From NCBI GenBank assembly GCA_040506195.1, contig JBEVXH010000010.1, positions 16,993 through 80,992 on the forward strand: a stretch of 64,000 nucleotides of DNA, read 5' to 3'. Each line of letters starts with the position of its first letter. The first letter of the stretch is position 1. This document shows positions 52,124-60,926 of this stretch, piece by piece. Source of the DNA: Candidatus Thiodiazotropha sp. (GTDB taxonomy: Bacteria; Pseudomonadota; Gammaproteobacteria; Chromatiales; Chromatiaceae). The notes under the pieces were generated by a model, which saw only the letters and a list, made by a program, of their open reading frames with translations, was not told the DNA's origin and made no database searches. The translations under genes were made by a program, and so were the position numbers.

Positions 52124-53637
52124 AGCAAGCCCTCCCGTATCAGCAGGCCCTTCAGGCGATCTTCTGCTGCATACGCTGCCTGCAGCGATTCATTGAGGTT
52201 GGCGACGGCCTGATCGATGGTCATGAATTCTTCCTCGATCACCGGTTCCACGTAACGAGGGATATTCAGGTTGAAGTCGTTTTCCCGGATTTCATCGAGC
52301 GTGACCACCCGGCAGATCCCTTCGACATCCTGATAGCCTTCGTACCAGTGGTGGATGTTGTCCACGTGCTCCGGCAGCAGCTCGTTCTGCGCCCGGCCGG
52401 TCTTGAACTCCTTCGAGGCATCGATGAACAGCACCTTCTGGCGGTGCGGTTTCGGCTTACTGTCCCGAAAGACCAGCACACAGGGCGCGAGACCGGTGCC
52501 GTAGAAAATGTTCTGGCCGAGACCGATCACCGCTTCGAGGATGTCCATCTCCAGCAGCTTGCGGCGGATTTTGCCTTCCTTGGACATGCGGAACAGCACG
52601 CCATGGGGTACTACCACCGCCATGCGGCCCGTTTTACGGGCCATGGATTTAATCATGTGCTGGACCCAGGCGAAGTCGCCGGACTTGGCCGGCGGCAACC
52701 CGGCAAAGTTGCGGCCGTAGGGATCATTGACCCAAACATCATCCCCCCACTTTTCCAGGGAGAACGGTGGATTGGCGATGACGCAATCAAAGGTGGCGAG
52801 GCTGTCGCCCGAGTAAAAGGCAGGCAAGCGCAGCGTGTCACCGCGTTCGATATGGAAATCTTCCGCGCCGTGGAGAAAGAGGTTCATCCGGGCAATGGAG
52901 GATGTGGTCAGGTTCTTTTCCTGGCCATAAAGCTTGCCCAGCATGAGGTTCTCGTCACCGCCATGCTCTTTGACATGGTGCAGCGCCTCGAGAAGCATGC
53001 CACCGGTGCCGCAGGCTGGGTCATAGATGGTTTCCCCGGCCTTGGGCGCAAGGATGCGAACCATCAGCGCGACCACGGAACGCGGAGTATAGAACTCACC
53101 GGCCTTCTTGTTGGTGAGGTCGGCAAATTTCTTGATCAGGTATTCGTAGGCCTGGCCGAGGATGTCCGCCTTGCAGTGTTCATTGCCCAGGTTGAGCGAC
53201 GAGAAGTGTTCGATCAGGTCCTTGAGCAGTGCGTCCGAAAGGCGGTCCTTGTTGGTCCACTGGGCATCGCCGAAGATGCCGTGCAGGGTGTCGGGATTGG
53301 CCTGCTCGATGCAGCGCATGGCCTTCTGGAGTGCATGACCGATATTGGCGCTTTTTGCCCGGACATCTTGCCAATGGCAGCCCTCCGAAACCTGGAATCG
53401 GTGGTTCTCGGGGAACTGCGCGAATTCCACGTCACCGTCGGACTCTTCCAGTGCAACGGCATACTCTTCGTCATAAACATCAGAGAGCCGTTTGAAGAAA
53501 AGCAGCGGGAAGATGTAGGTCTTGAAGTCGGCCGCATCGACAGGACCGCGCAGGATATTGGCCGCCTCCCAGAGATGCCCGGAGAGGGTCCCGATATCCA
53601 GATCGACTGAATTGTTTTTTCCGTTCCTTGGGCTCAT
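52120..53637 (-). CDS. hsdM: Type I RM methyltransferase subunit M1 (NPPF)
   Basis: DPACGTGGML, VIANPPF, GEFYTP. Confidence 0.93.
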   Translation of the reverse strand: MSPRNGKNNSVDLDIGTLSGHLWEAANILRGPVDAADFKTYIFPLLFFKRLSDVYDEEYAVALEESDGDVEFAQFPENHRFQVSEGCHWQDVRAKSANIGHALQKAMRCIEQANPDTLHGIFGDAQWTNKDRLSDALLKDLIEHFSSLNLGNEHCKADILGQAYEYLIKKFADLTNKKAGEFYTPRSVVALMVRILAPKAGETIYDPACGTGGMLLEALHHVKEHGGDENLMLGKLYGQEKNLTTSSIARMNLFLHGAEDFHIERGDTLRLPAFYSGDSLATFDCVIANPPFSLEKWGDDVWVNDPYGRNFAGLPPAKSGDFAWVQHMIKSMARKTGRMAVVVPHGVLFRMSKEGKIRRKLLEMDILEAVIGLGQNIFYGTGLAPCVLVFRDSKPKPHRQKVLFIDASKEFKTGRAQNELLPEHVDNIHHWYEGYQDVEGICRVVTLDEIRENDFNLNIPRYVEPVIEEEFMTIDQAVANLNESLQAAYAAEDRLKGLLIREGLL

Positions 53638-53843
53638 TCCGATTTATCCGACCCCGCAATATCCGCCGCACCACCAGCCTTGACCCACTCGTCGACTTCG
53701 TATTTCTTGAACTTCCAAAGGCGGCCCATGCGGTGAGCGGGCATACCCCCCTTGTCGATCCACTTGTACACGGTGTCATTACTGACCCCGAGGTGTTTGC
53801 ATATCTCGGTGATTGAAAGCCAGCGGTCTTCCGTCTCAACCAT
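53634..53843 (-). CDS. Excisionase/VrlI-like HTH DNA-binding protein
   Basis: WLSITEICKHLGVSNDTVYKWI...PAHRMGRLWKFKKYEVDEWV. Confidence 0.85.
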   Translation of the reverse strand: MVETEDRWLSITEICKHLGVSNDTVYKWIDKGGMPAHRMGRLWKFKKYEVDEWVKAGGAADIAGSDKSE

Positions 53844-53941
53844 TCCTCAAATTCCTCGTGAACGATGAGTAAAAACGTCATAGGTCTGCGAACTGCCGAC
53901 ACTGGAGCAACCAGTCTCCGGCGTCTGTACCAAATCACTGA

Positions 53942-54000
53942 AAATTATGCGGTTTAGCACCTTGTGTCAACCGATCATTGCCGATTTCACCCGATTACTA
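53942..54000 (-). promoter_or_regulatory. Promoter of the defence operon with three phased CCGAT repeats
   Basis: Minus strand TTGACA-N17-TAATTT (53970-53942). CCGAT at 53971, 53981 and 53991 on the + strand, abutting the -35. Confidence 0.65.
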
Positions 54001-54097
54001 TCTAAATCGTGCGAATCTATTGGCTCTAACGGCTTCTCTATGAAGTCACCCTTCCCACTATTCCTCCATCCGTCACCGGATTGTCAAAATCAAATAT

Positions 54098-54115
54098 GTG
54101 TAGTATATAGTACAC
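54098..54115. promoter_or_regulatory. Palindromic operator directly before the XRE start codon
   Basis: GTGTAGTATATAGTACAC, 16/18 self-complementary, overlaps a TATAGT -10-like hexamer; no Shine-Dalgarno sequence. Confidence 0.65.
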
Positions 54116-54466
54116 ATGACATTCGGAGAATACATCCGTGAACATCGCGAGGCCCTGAAGTCACAGGATCGGCGGTTTTCCGTCCGGCAGGTCGCCCAGC
54201 GAATTGGCGTGGAACCAGCCTACCTCAGCAAGATAGAACGCGGGGATGTGGCGCCACCGTCCGAGGCAAAAATCCGGGCATTGGCCGAGGAGCTTGACGA
54301 GGATCCGGACGTGCTGCTGGCATTGGCCGGGAAGGTCTCGTCGGATTTACAGGCGATCATCCGGAAACGGCCGCAACTGTTCGCTGACCTGATCCGCCAG
54401 CTTAAATCCGCACCGGATCACGCTCTGTTGCGAATTGCCCGGGATGTCCGTGATGGCGAGTGGTAA
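54116..54466 (+). CDS. XRE-family HTH regulator
   Basis: SVRQVAQRIGVEPAYLSKIERG. Confidence 0.88.
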   Translation: MTFGEYIREHREALKSQDRRFSVRQVAQRIGVEPAYLSKIERGDVAPPSEAKIRALAEELDEDPDVLLALAGKVSSDLQAIIRKRPQLFADLIRQLKSAPDHALLRIARDVRDGEW

Positions 54467-54498
54467 CGCCTGAATAGTGACTCAGGGGAGAAAAGACA

Positions 54499-55497
54499 AT
54501 GATCGAACTACTGAACAACCAACTGACCTTCCGGTTTCCGGAGGTCCACGAAAAAGCGGTGTGCAGCATCGACTTCCAGCGCACCCTGCGGATCCCGGAT
54601 GACAACCGGGAATACCCCCTCCCCCCGGGCCTGGGTCGTTTCCCGGTGGAGCACGTGGATGACTTCGCAGACCAGTTGCCTGATTCCTGGCGGACACATG
54701 GTGGCGTCTTCATCCCCATGTATCAGTCTGAGGCGCTGTGGATCAATTTCTCCGGTGACTACCCCTGCGCCGTCAAGATTGCCGCTGGCAAGATCAATGC
54801 GGTTTCCGGGGAACCCTGGAGCAATGGGCTTTCGGCTGATTCACAGGACTATGCGGTGATTCCGGAACAGCCCTGGTTGGATGGTTTCAACGTCTCGGAG
54901 GACTTTATCCGGCAGTTTGTCGCCATGCCGCTGGGTGAAGGCTTCACAGCCGAGGAGCAGATTACGGGGACGGCTGAACATGGCGGACTCCAGATCATCG
55001 TCTACCCGATGAAGCATGATGTTTACGTCGAACATTTCGAGCGAACCGTGCAAGCAGACATGGACTATCTCGATATGCCGATGTTCAGTCGCACGGTCTG
55101 CGAATCGGCCGCCCCCGATATGGGGCTTGCTCCTGGCGGCTTGATGCGGCAGGAGATCTACGAGGACGAGTACGGCATCGATGCCTGGGATCAGGAAAAT
55201 GGCTTCCGTTGCTTCATCCATCTGGCCAACAGTGAGCAATATCTGGCAATCACCGGTCACCAGCCACCGCATACGCCGCCAACGGCCAATGATTACACGA
55301 GTGCCGGTCTGCCCTGGTTTGACTACTACAGTGATGGCAAGGCGCTGTCCGGTTCGGAAACATTAGGCAAGCTGACCAGTGTCGCTGCTAAGGTGATCGA
55401 GAAAGGCAAAGGACTGCTGCCGGACAATGAACCGGTTCATCCTAAAACTGTCAAGATAATCAGCAAAGGCAATGTGGTCCGGGATGGGGAGTTCTGA
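54499..55497 (+). CDS. Conserved hypothetical protein (332 aa)
   Basis: GGGGAG RBS; FQRTLRIPD, PMYQSEALW, QPWLDG and RQFVAMPLG blocks; function unknown. Confidence 0.75.
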   Translation: MIELLNNQLTFRFPEVHEKAVCSIDFQRTLRIPDDNREYPLPPGLGRFPVEHVDDFADQLPDSWRTHGGVFIPMYQSEALWINFSGDYPCAVKIAAGKINAVSGEPWSNGLSADSQDYAVIPEQPWLDGFNVSEDFIRQFVAMPLGEGFTAEEQITGTAEHGGLQIIVYPMKHDVYVEHFERTVQADMDYLDMPMFSRTVCESAAPDMGLAPGGLMRQEIYEDEYGIDAWDQENGFRCFIHLANSEQYLAITGHQPPHTPPTANDYTSAGLPWFDYYSDGKALSGSETLGKLTSVAAKVIEKGKGLLPDNEPVHPKTVKIISKGNVVRDGEF

Positions 55498-55677
55498 AAA
55501 AATCATCATCCCGTATCACGCCTCGTAAAATCATAGAGACATGGACTTTCAGTTCAGCCAGTTCACACTATTCGCCGCGTTTATTATCGGGCTAATCGTG
55601 TTTTGGGAGTATCGCGCCAGGTCTGTTTGATATCCTGATGTTCAAAATGTTAGCGAAACACGATTGCAGGACAATCT

Positions 55678-56214
55678 ATGAAGCACAAGGTTCTCGACAA
55701 AAACTATCAAAATGAAGTAACGAGGCTTTTCACGTCTGTTTTCACATCATCCGAAGGAGACGAAGAAGGTAAGCTAATTGGCAATCTTGCCTCAGAGCTA
55801 TCCTCCAATATCGACAATGAAGAGATAATCTGTCTCGGCACATATGAAAATGAATCGCTTATTGGTTCTATTTTCTTTACTCGCCTTCGGTTTAATGAGT
55901 CTATTCTGGTTTATATGCTCGCTCCGGTTGCAGTGAGCACTAAACATCAGGGAAAAGGCGTAGGACAGGCGCTAATCAATTATGGACTTAATGAACTGAA
56001 AAATCGTTCTGTGAGTGTTGCTATCACATATGGTGATCCATCCTTCTACTCAAAGGTGGGATTTGAACCCCTGTCAGAAGATGTCATCCAGGCCCCTCTA
56101 AAGCTCTCAATGCCAGTAGGCTGGCTTGGCCAATCATTAACGGGAGAGCCAATTCCAGCTATTAATGAGCGACCCATATGCGTTAAGGAATTTAATGATC
56201 CCGTTTATTGGTAA
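55678..56214 (+). CDS. GNAT N-acetyltransferase (YhbS-like)
   Basis: LAPVAVSTKHQGKGVGQALI acetyl-CoA motif, YGDPSFYSKVGF. Confidence 0.9.
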   Translation: MKHKVLDKNYQNEVTRLFTSVFTSSEGDEEGKLIGNLASELSSNIDNEEIICLGTYENESLIGSIFFTRLRFNESILVYMLAPVAVSTKHQGKGVGQALINYGLNELKNRSVSVAITYGDPSFYSKVGFEPLSEDVIQAPLKLSMPVGWLGQSLTGEPIPAINERPICVKEFNDPVYW

Positions 56215-56222
56215 ATACGCGG

Positions 56223-56270
56223 ACATAACCATGAGATTCAGGGAGCACGCAGCGTAGCGGCGCGTCCTGA
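56223..56270 (+). other. Truncated attC-like site
   Basis: ACATAAC shortly after the GNAT stop, then a TCAGGG...TCCTGA imperfect hairpin. No closing GTT box found. Confidence 0.4.
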
Positions 56271-56281
56271 GCCCAAGCACT

Positions 56282-56497
56282 ATGCACTATTTAAGAAAAT
56301 TATTATTAGTTCTGAAAGCAATCATTGGCGTCACGAGCAAACTTGTCGCTGGCCTTATTGGCTTGCTGGCTGCTGTCGTCGTCACATCCGAAGAAGATGA
56401 TTCTGAGGATGGCGACCTGACTGGCAATTATAATTTCCGTACCCGCAAGTTTGACAATGGCACTGATCCGTACGGATGGTATGAAGAGGATTTGTAA
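56282..56497 (+). CDS. Small membrane protein convergent with traG
   Basis: Hydrophobic N-terminus and acidic tail ending DNGTDPYGWYEEDL; ends 5 bp from the traG stop. Confidence 0.6.
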   Translation: MHYLRKLLLVLKAIIGVTSKLVAGLIGLLAAVVVTSEEDDSEDGDLTGNYNFRTRKFDNGTDPYGWYEEDL

Positions 56498-56502
56498 ATC
56501 CG

Positions 56503-58068
56503 TTATCGCTTCGCCCCCTTAGACACAACGGCCTTACCGATACTTCCACCTTGTCGTCCTGCATCTTGAGCGGTCCGTGTGAATTCGCCTTGTACCGAAT
56601 TGATCGAGCGCCCGATATGCAACCCCGCCCACGCCATCATCCCGCTCCAGAGCAACGGCAAACCCAGATAGAGGCTTGTCGTGATCATATTCAGCAGCAT
56701 GCGCTTGATGTCGTGCTCACCGGGGTTGGCAAACATCTGCAGGAAGACATTCACATCCGGATACATGGACAGGATGAGGTTCTGATCCACCCACAGCGCC
56801 AGGTACCAGAGCACGCTCCAGAACTTGACGGTAAAGATAGCCATGGCGCCGATGACCATCATGAAGATGGAATAACGCGACAGCACCACGATCATGGGGA
56901 GCAAGGCATAGATGCCGAGCAGGAGCACGGCCTGCACCATCGGGAGGGCCTGAAGGACCGCGGTCATGGTGACCGAGAACAGCGCCGAGGCGGCCACCAC
57001 GCCGCCCGATGCCAGGCCGCCTTTGGCGACATTCTCTACCGTACTGAGCAACCCGGTACTGCCGGAGTTGTGGGCCACGAGGTCGTTGTTCGACCACGAT
57101 GGTGGAGCATTCGCCAGAACGGTCTTGGCCACTGCATCATTTTGCTGTTCGCTGGCCAGCGCCGGCGCGATGGCAACCACGAGGCCTGAAAAACCGGCCG
57201 ATGTGGCATCGGCCTCGGTGATCAACTTTTCACGCAGCCCCGCCGAGGCATCCTCCCACCACTGCTTGCAGTAAGGCCTACCCCAGGTGGGTGGAGCCGC
57301 AGGATCATATTCGGTATCACGAGCAGCATTGTAGGCCCAACGGCTGACCTGCGTGGTAGCACGCAGGGTGTCATAGTAGCCCGGCGTATTACGATACACT
57401 TGCGAACCCATCCAGTCCGGATCATCAGGGCCATACGTTGTCAGCAGGGCATTGACCGCGGCGGTGGCAGGTCGTTCCGACTGGTACATCGACCGGGCCG
57501 GAATGTAGCACTGGCTAAAGAAATCACTGACTTCCTGGCGGAGGCGCGGGTCAGCAATAGTCGCGAGCCGCGCCTGTTGTTCGTAGGTACGCATGTCCGC
57601 AGCACTTGGAAGGCCTTCGACCACCGCGTGATTGAAACCCGAGGTCATCGAGAGTACCGCATACCACCACACAGGGATGTTCACCGTGGCCGGCGAACCG
57701 GTGAAGCCGGTGGAACCGTAGGTGCTCTGGGGTGCGGCTACAGTCGCCGTCGGCGGCGTGAGATCGACCAATGTTGGTGGCGGCGTGTAGTTGAGTGAAG
57801 CCGCGTTCAGTGGCGTCAATGCAGCGGGTTGTCCGGCCAAAACAACCACCAGTAGCGCGATGAAGAGCTCCAGCTCCATGCGCCGCAGTGACAAGCCGGT
57901 GACGGTACCGAACTCACCGCCTTGCGCCGGTTCCCGCCAGTTGTCGATCAGGATGCCGAGGAACGGCAGGAACACGATACCGGTGCCGACCAGCACATCC
58001 CACAAAATGCCGTAGAAGGTCCAGCCGAACAGTGTCGTAAAGAGTTCGAGATAGCTGTCGACGGTCAT
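56503..58068 (-). CDS. ICE conjugal transfer protein, TraG N-terminal domain (PFGI-1 class)
   Basis: MTVDSYLELFTTLFGW, VPVWW-like IPVWWY, CYIPARS, C-terminal TMs. Confidence 0.88.
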   Translation of the reverse strand: MTVDSYLELFTTLFGWTFYGILWDVLVGTGIVFLPFLGILIDNWREPAQGGEFGTVTGLSLRRMELELFIALLVVVLAGQPAALTPLNAASLNYTPPPTLVDLTPPTATVAAPQSTYGSTGFTGSPATVNIPVWWYAVLSMTSGFNHAVVEGLPSAADMRTYEQQARLATIADPRLRQEVSDFFSQCYIPARSMYQSERPATAAVNALLTTYGPDDPDWMGSQVYRNTPGYYDTLRATTQVSRWAYNAARDTEYDPAAPPTWGRPYCKQWWEDASAGLREKLITEADATSAGFSGLVVAIAPALASEQQNDAVAKTVLANAPPSWSNNDLVAHNSGSTGLLSTVENVAKGGLASGGVVAASALFSVTMTAVLQALPMVQAVLLLGIYALLPMIVVLSRYSIFMMVIGAMAIFTVKFWSVLWYLALWVDQNLILSMYPDVNVFLQMFANPGEHDIKRMLLNMITTSLYLGLPLLWSGMMAWAGLHIGRSINSVQGEFTRTAQDAGRQGGSIGKAVVSKGAKR

Positions 58069-58421
58069 GCCCCGCTCCCCTGCAGTACGGCCAGCACCTG
58101 ACCAAGCAGGTTCTGACCCAATACCAGTTCGATCACGACGAGCCAGGTCACGATACGCCAGCGTACAGCGAGCAAGTTCGTGGCCTGTGTCTCATCCAGA
58201 CGTCCACAACGTTGAAGGGCGTTCACGACCCATGGCCAGCCCATCGCCAACAGGGCAATCAGCAAGACCCGGATGCCCGTCATGAGTGGCTTCAAGACCT
58301 CGATCCTTGTCTGCACCGCGACTACAGAGGATGTCTCGACCGAATGCCAGAGAATGCCGCCCGCCCCCAACGCCAGACCGAACGTCAGCAGGGTCAGCAA
58401 AATAAACCAGCGCCGACGCAT
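58065..58421 (-). CDS. Small ICE membrane protein upstream of traG
   Basis: Three hydrophobic segments; ATGA overlap with traG. Confidence 0.7.
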   Translation of the reverse strand: MRRRWFILLTLLTFGLALGAGGILWHSVETSSVVAVQTRIEVLKPLMTGIRVLLIALLAMGWPWVVNALQRCGRLDETQATNLLAVRWRIVTWLVVIELVLGQNLLGQVLAVLQGSGA

Positions 58422-58431
58422 GGCTAATCCG

Positions 58432-59835
58432 TTATTGGACACGGCCATTGCTCAGCGGACGCGGATCGATGGTGGGGACTTCTGGCGTTTTCAGGGACGA
58501 TTGCCGACGGGCCGCGGCGCGTTGAAGCAAAGTCGCAATCGTGTCCGAGACCACCTCCTTGCGCACCCGGGTCTCGAACAACAGGTTCTCGATCTCCTTG
58601 TCGAGCTCGGCGATGGACTTGTCCGCGTGCTCGCGTGCCACCGCGGTCGCATAGACCTCCGGCACCTGGCGGCCGGAAAGCAACAAACGACGGGCATACA
58701 GCGCCTTCTCCACCGTGCGGGCCGTGCTGATCTCGGAAACCAGCCGTCCCATGATGAGGCTCTGTTCGGAGGCCGGCATATCCCGAATCGCCTCGATGAC
58801 CTGGCGGGTGATGGCAACGCCAGGGGCAGTAATATTGTCCAAGTTGGCCAGTGTCGGAGGTGTTGCGCCGGAGACCAGGCTCTGGATTTCCGTCGTTACG
58901 GTAGTCGCCTCCTGATTGAGCTTTGGCAGCAGTCCGGTACCGGGGATACTGTCCTTGCGGCAGGTATCACAGGTGGTGACAATATTTTCACCAACCACAT
59001 CGACGACCCAGTTACGCGCCTCGGTAGGCGTTGTCCAGATCTCAGTCAGGCGGGTGGCCGATGCAGGAGGCACCGGGCCTGCCGTCGTGATCGGACGATT
59101 CATATTGATGTTGTACCCGGCCTTGACGATGTCGCCGGTAAATTCCAGCACCGGCTGTCCGGAGCCCCCGGCCTGCCTACCGATCCAGGGCACGCCATTG
59201 TCCCCGTTAGCGGTCTCGACGGCGTCCTTGGCGGTTACGGCATCATTACCACCAACACCCATCTGAAGCTTCCAGTCATTGCCTTTGGACAGCGTGATGA
59301 GATCCGCATAGGGGTTCTTGCCTTTGGCGATCTCCGCTTCCATCTGTTTGCAGGACATGGTGGCGAGTTGCATGGTCTCTTCCGCTTTGAGCAGGGCATT
59401 CTGGAATAGATCATAAAGTCCTGGATTGGCTCGCTGCAGGATGAGTGCCGGAAGTGATGCAATGGCCGCACTCGCTGCAGCCGTCATGGCATTCATCATG
59501 TTATCGATGCCTGAACCGATATCGTTCAGGGTATTGGTGACGGCCGCCACCGGATCGAACCGACCGCAGCTATAGCCCAGACCCAATTGGGCCGAACCGC
59601 CGAGGGTGACTGAGGTCACGGCTGGATTGGCGGGTACGGAGACGGGTTCCGCCCCGCCGATCTTGTAGTACCAGAGACTGTCCTCGGTGGGTGCCTGGGT
59701 GGCTTGCACCAGCGTGTATGGAGCAAACATCAGGCAAAGTCCGATGAACAGCAATGAGTAACGGGGTTGGCCTTTTATGGGTGAGCATTTCTTATACAAC
59801 ATGACTCTCTTGATCATGGTGGATAGGGAAACCAA
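58432..59835 (-). CDS. Integrating conjugative element protein, PFL_4711 family
   Basis: LWYYKIGGAEP, LILQRANPGLYDL, GVPWIG. Confidence 0.85.
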   Translation of the reverse strand: MVSLSTMIKRVMLYKKCSPIKGQPRYSLLFIGLCLMFAPYTLVQATQAPTEDSLWYYKIGGAEPVSVPANPAVTSVTLGGSAQLGLGYSCGRFDPVAAVTNTLNDIGSGIDNMMNAMTAAASAAIASLPALILQRANPGLYDLFQNALLKAEETMQLATMSCKQMEAEIAKGKNPYADLITLSKGNDWKLQMGVGGNDAVTAKDAVETANGDNGVPWIGRQAGGSGQPVLEFTGDIVKAGYNINMNRPITTAGPVPPASATRLTEIWTTPTEARNWVVDVVGENIVTTCDTCRKDSIPGTGLLPKLNQEATTVTTEIQSLVSGATPPTLANLDNITAPGVAITRQVIEAIRDMPASEQSLIMGRLVSEISTARTVEKALYARRLLLSGRQVPEVYATAVAREHADKSIAELDKEIENLLFETRVRKEVVSDTIATLLQRAAARRQSSLKTPEVPTIDPRPLSNGRVQ

Positions 59836-60926
59836 TCGAGTGAATACAAAAACATCTGCCCTCGGCGGTTACAACACTTGTAGGGACGCCAGAGATTCCA
59901 GGCATAGTCCCCGGCCCCATCCACACGCCCGCCACCCCAACCGCTGAAACTGGCGAGGTCATTGCTACCAAATACACTGCAGGTCAATTCCGGCAGGGGC
60001 ACGAGCATCTGCCAGGTGCCGGTGGAGCGGTCCTTTTCCCGCAACGGACCCGGCGGCCAGACCCGCTGACCTGAAAAGCTCGGGATCCAATGATTGACCA
60101 GTCCGCCAAGCCCGTCGGGGATCCAATTGTCGATGATTCTGATCAGGTCGTTGTGCATATAAGGCGCACCGGAGAGCGGTACATAGACATGGGGCTGACC
60201 GGCACGGGTGACGATATCCCCGGCCCGCTGCGCATTGATAGCGGCAGCTTTGGGCTCTTCAGCCTGAGTGGTCCAGCCGGTGCGAGGATAGACCCCACCC
60301 CAGGTCTGCAGTGGCCAGGTACCGATTTCGCGCAATCCGGGCAACAGGCTGGCCGGATAGAAGATCTCCGGCACCTCCTGTCGCCAGGACAAGGCATCCA
60401 GGCCCGATTGGAAGTAAGGGAAGAAAGGGGTTGTCTGGGATTGGCAGAGCAACCCCACTCCGGTGGACACACTGGCCAATGAGGCGACCGGGTGGCCGAT
60501 GGCATCGGTCTCACGAAACACCAGGTTGCGGTGTTCCCTGGGCTCGGTACTACCCTCGGTGCGATTGCCAGCACTGTCGATAGGAATAGGCAGCAGGCTT
60601 CCCAGCAGAGTCGTTGCCGCAGTCTTCTGGGCAAGCCCCAAGGTTGCGCGGATCTCCACCCAGGGATTGCCTCCCAGTTCGTTGTAGCTGCTGACCACCA
60701 AGTCCGGATTGTAGTGCCCGACCTTGAGCGAGGCCCTGACACTGCAACCGGACCAGGAACAGCGCAACCAGAAACAGGTGCCGATCGGCATCCAGCGCAT
60801 GCAGGAAAATGCCGCCGTTGTCGTCTGGGCAACGATCTGTGGTGTGGTCGTTGTACCGGAGAATCCTTTGACGGGAACCCATAGTGCAATGGCAAGACAG
60901 AACGATAGACACCTCCCGTGGATCAT
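59814..60926 (-). CDS. Integrating conjugative element protein, PFL_4710 family (TraU-like)
   Basis: GTCFWLRC...KVGHYNPDLVVSSY, WGGVYPRTG, AWNLWRPYKCC. Confidence 0.85.
   Translation of the reverse strand: MIHGRCLSFCLAIALWVPVKGFSGTTTTPQIVAQTTTAAFSCMRWMPIGTCFWLRCSWSGCSVRASLKVGHYNPDLVVSSYNELGGNPWVEIRATLGLAQKTAATTLLGSLLPIPIDSAGNRTEGSTEPREHRNLVFRETDAIGHPVASLASVSTGVGLLCQSQTTPFFPYFQSGLDALSWRQEVPEIFYPASLLPGLREIGTWPLQTWGGVYPRTGWTTQAEEPKAAAINAQRAGDIVTRAGQPHVYVPLSGAPYMHNDLIRIIDNWIPDGLGGLVNHWIPSFSGQRVWPPGPLREKDRSTGTWQMLVPLPELTCSVFGSNDLASFSGWGGGRVDGAGDYAWNLWRPYKCCNRRGQMFLYSLDWFPYPP

Noticed and set aside
50373-53637. Two hsdM genes as a frameshifted or split single gene
   Set aside because: Both are full length (~505 aa) with their own SAM-binding and catalytic motifs.
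49195-53843. MADS system (HTH regulator plus MTase plus specificity subunit)
   Set aside because: A canonical hsdR is present and no large kinase-nuclease gene is seen; the two-MTase Type I arrangement explains the genes better.
54461-54490. TAACGCCTGAAT after the XRE stop as an attC site
   Set aside because: Only ~30 bp separate the genes, with no hairpin or closing GTT box.
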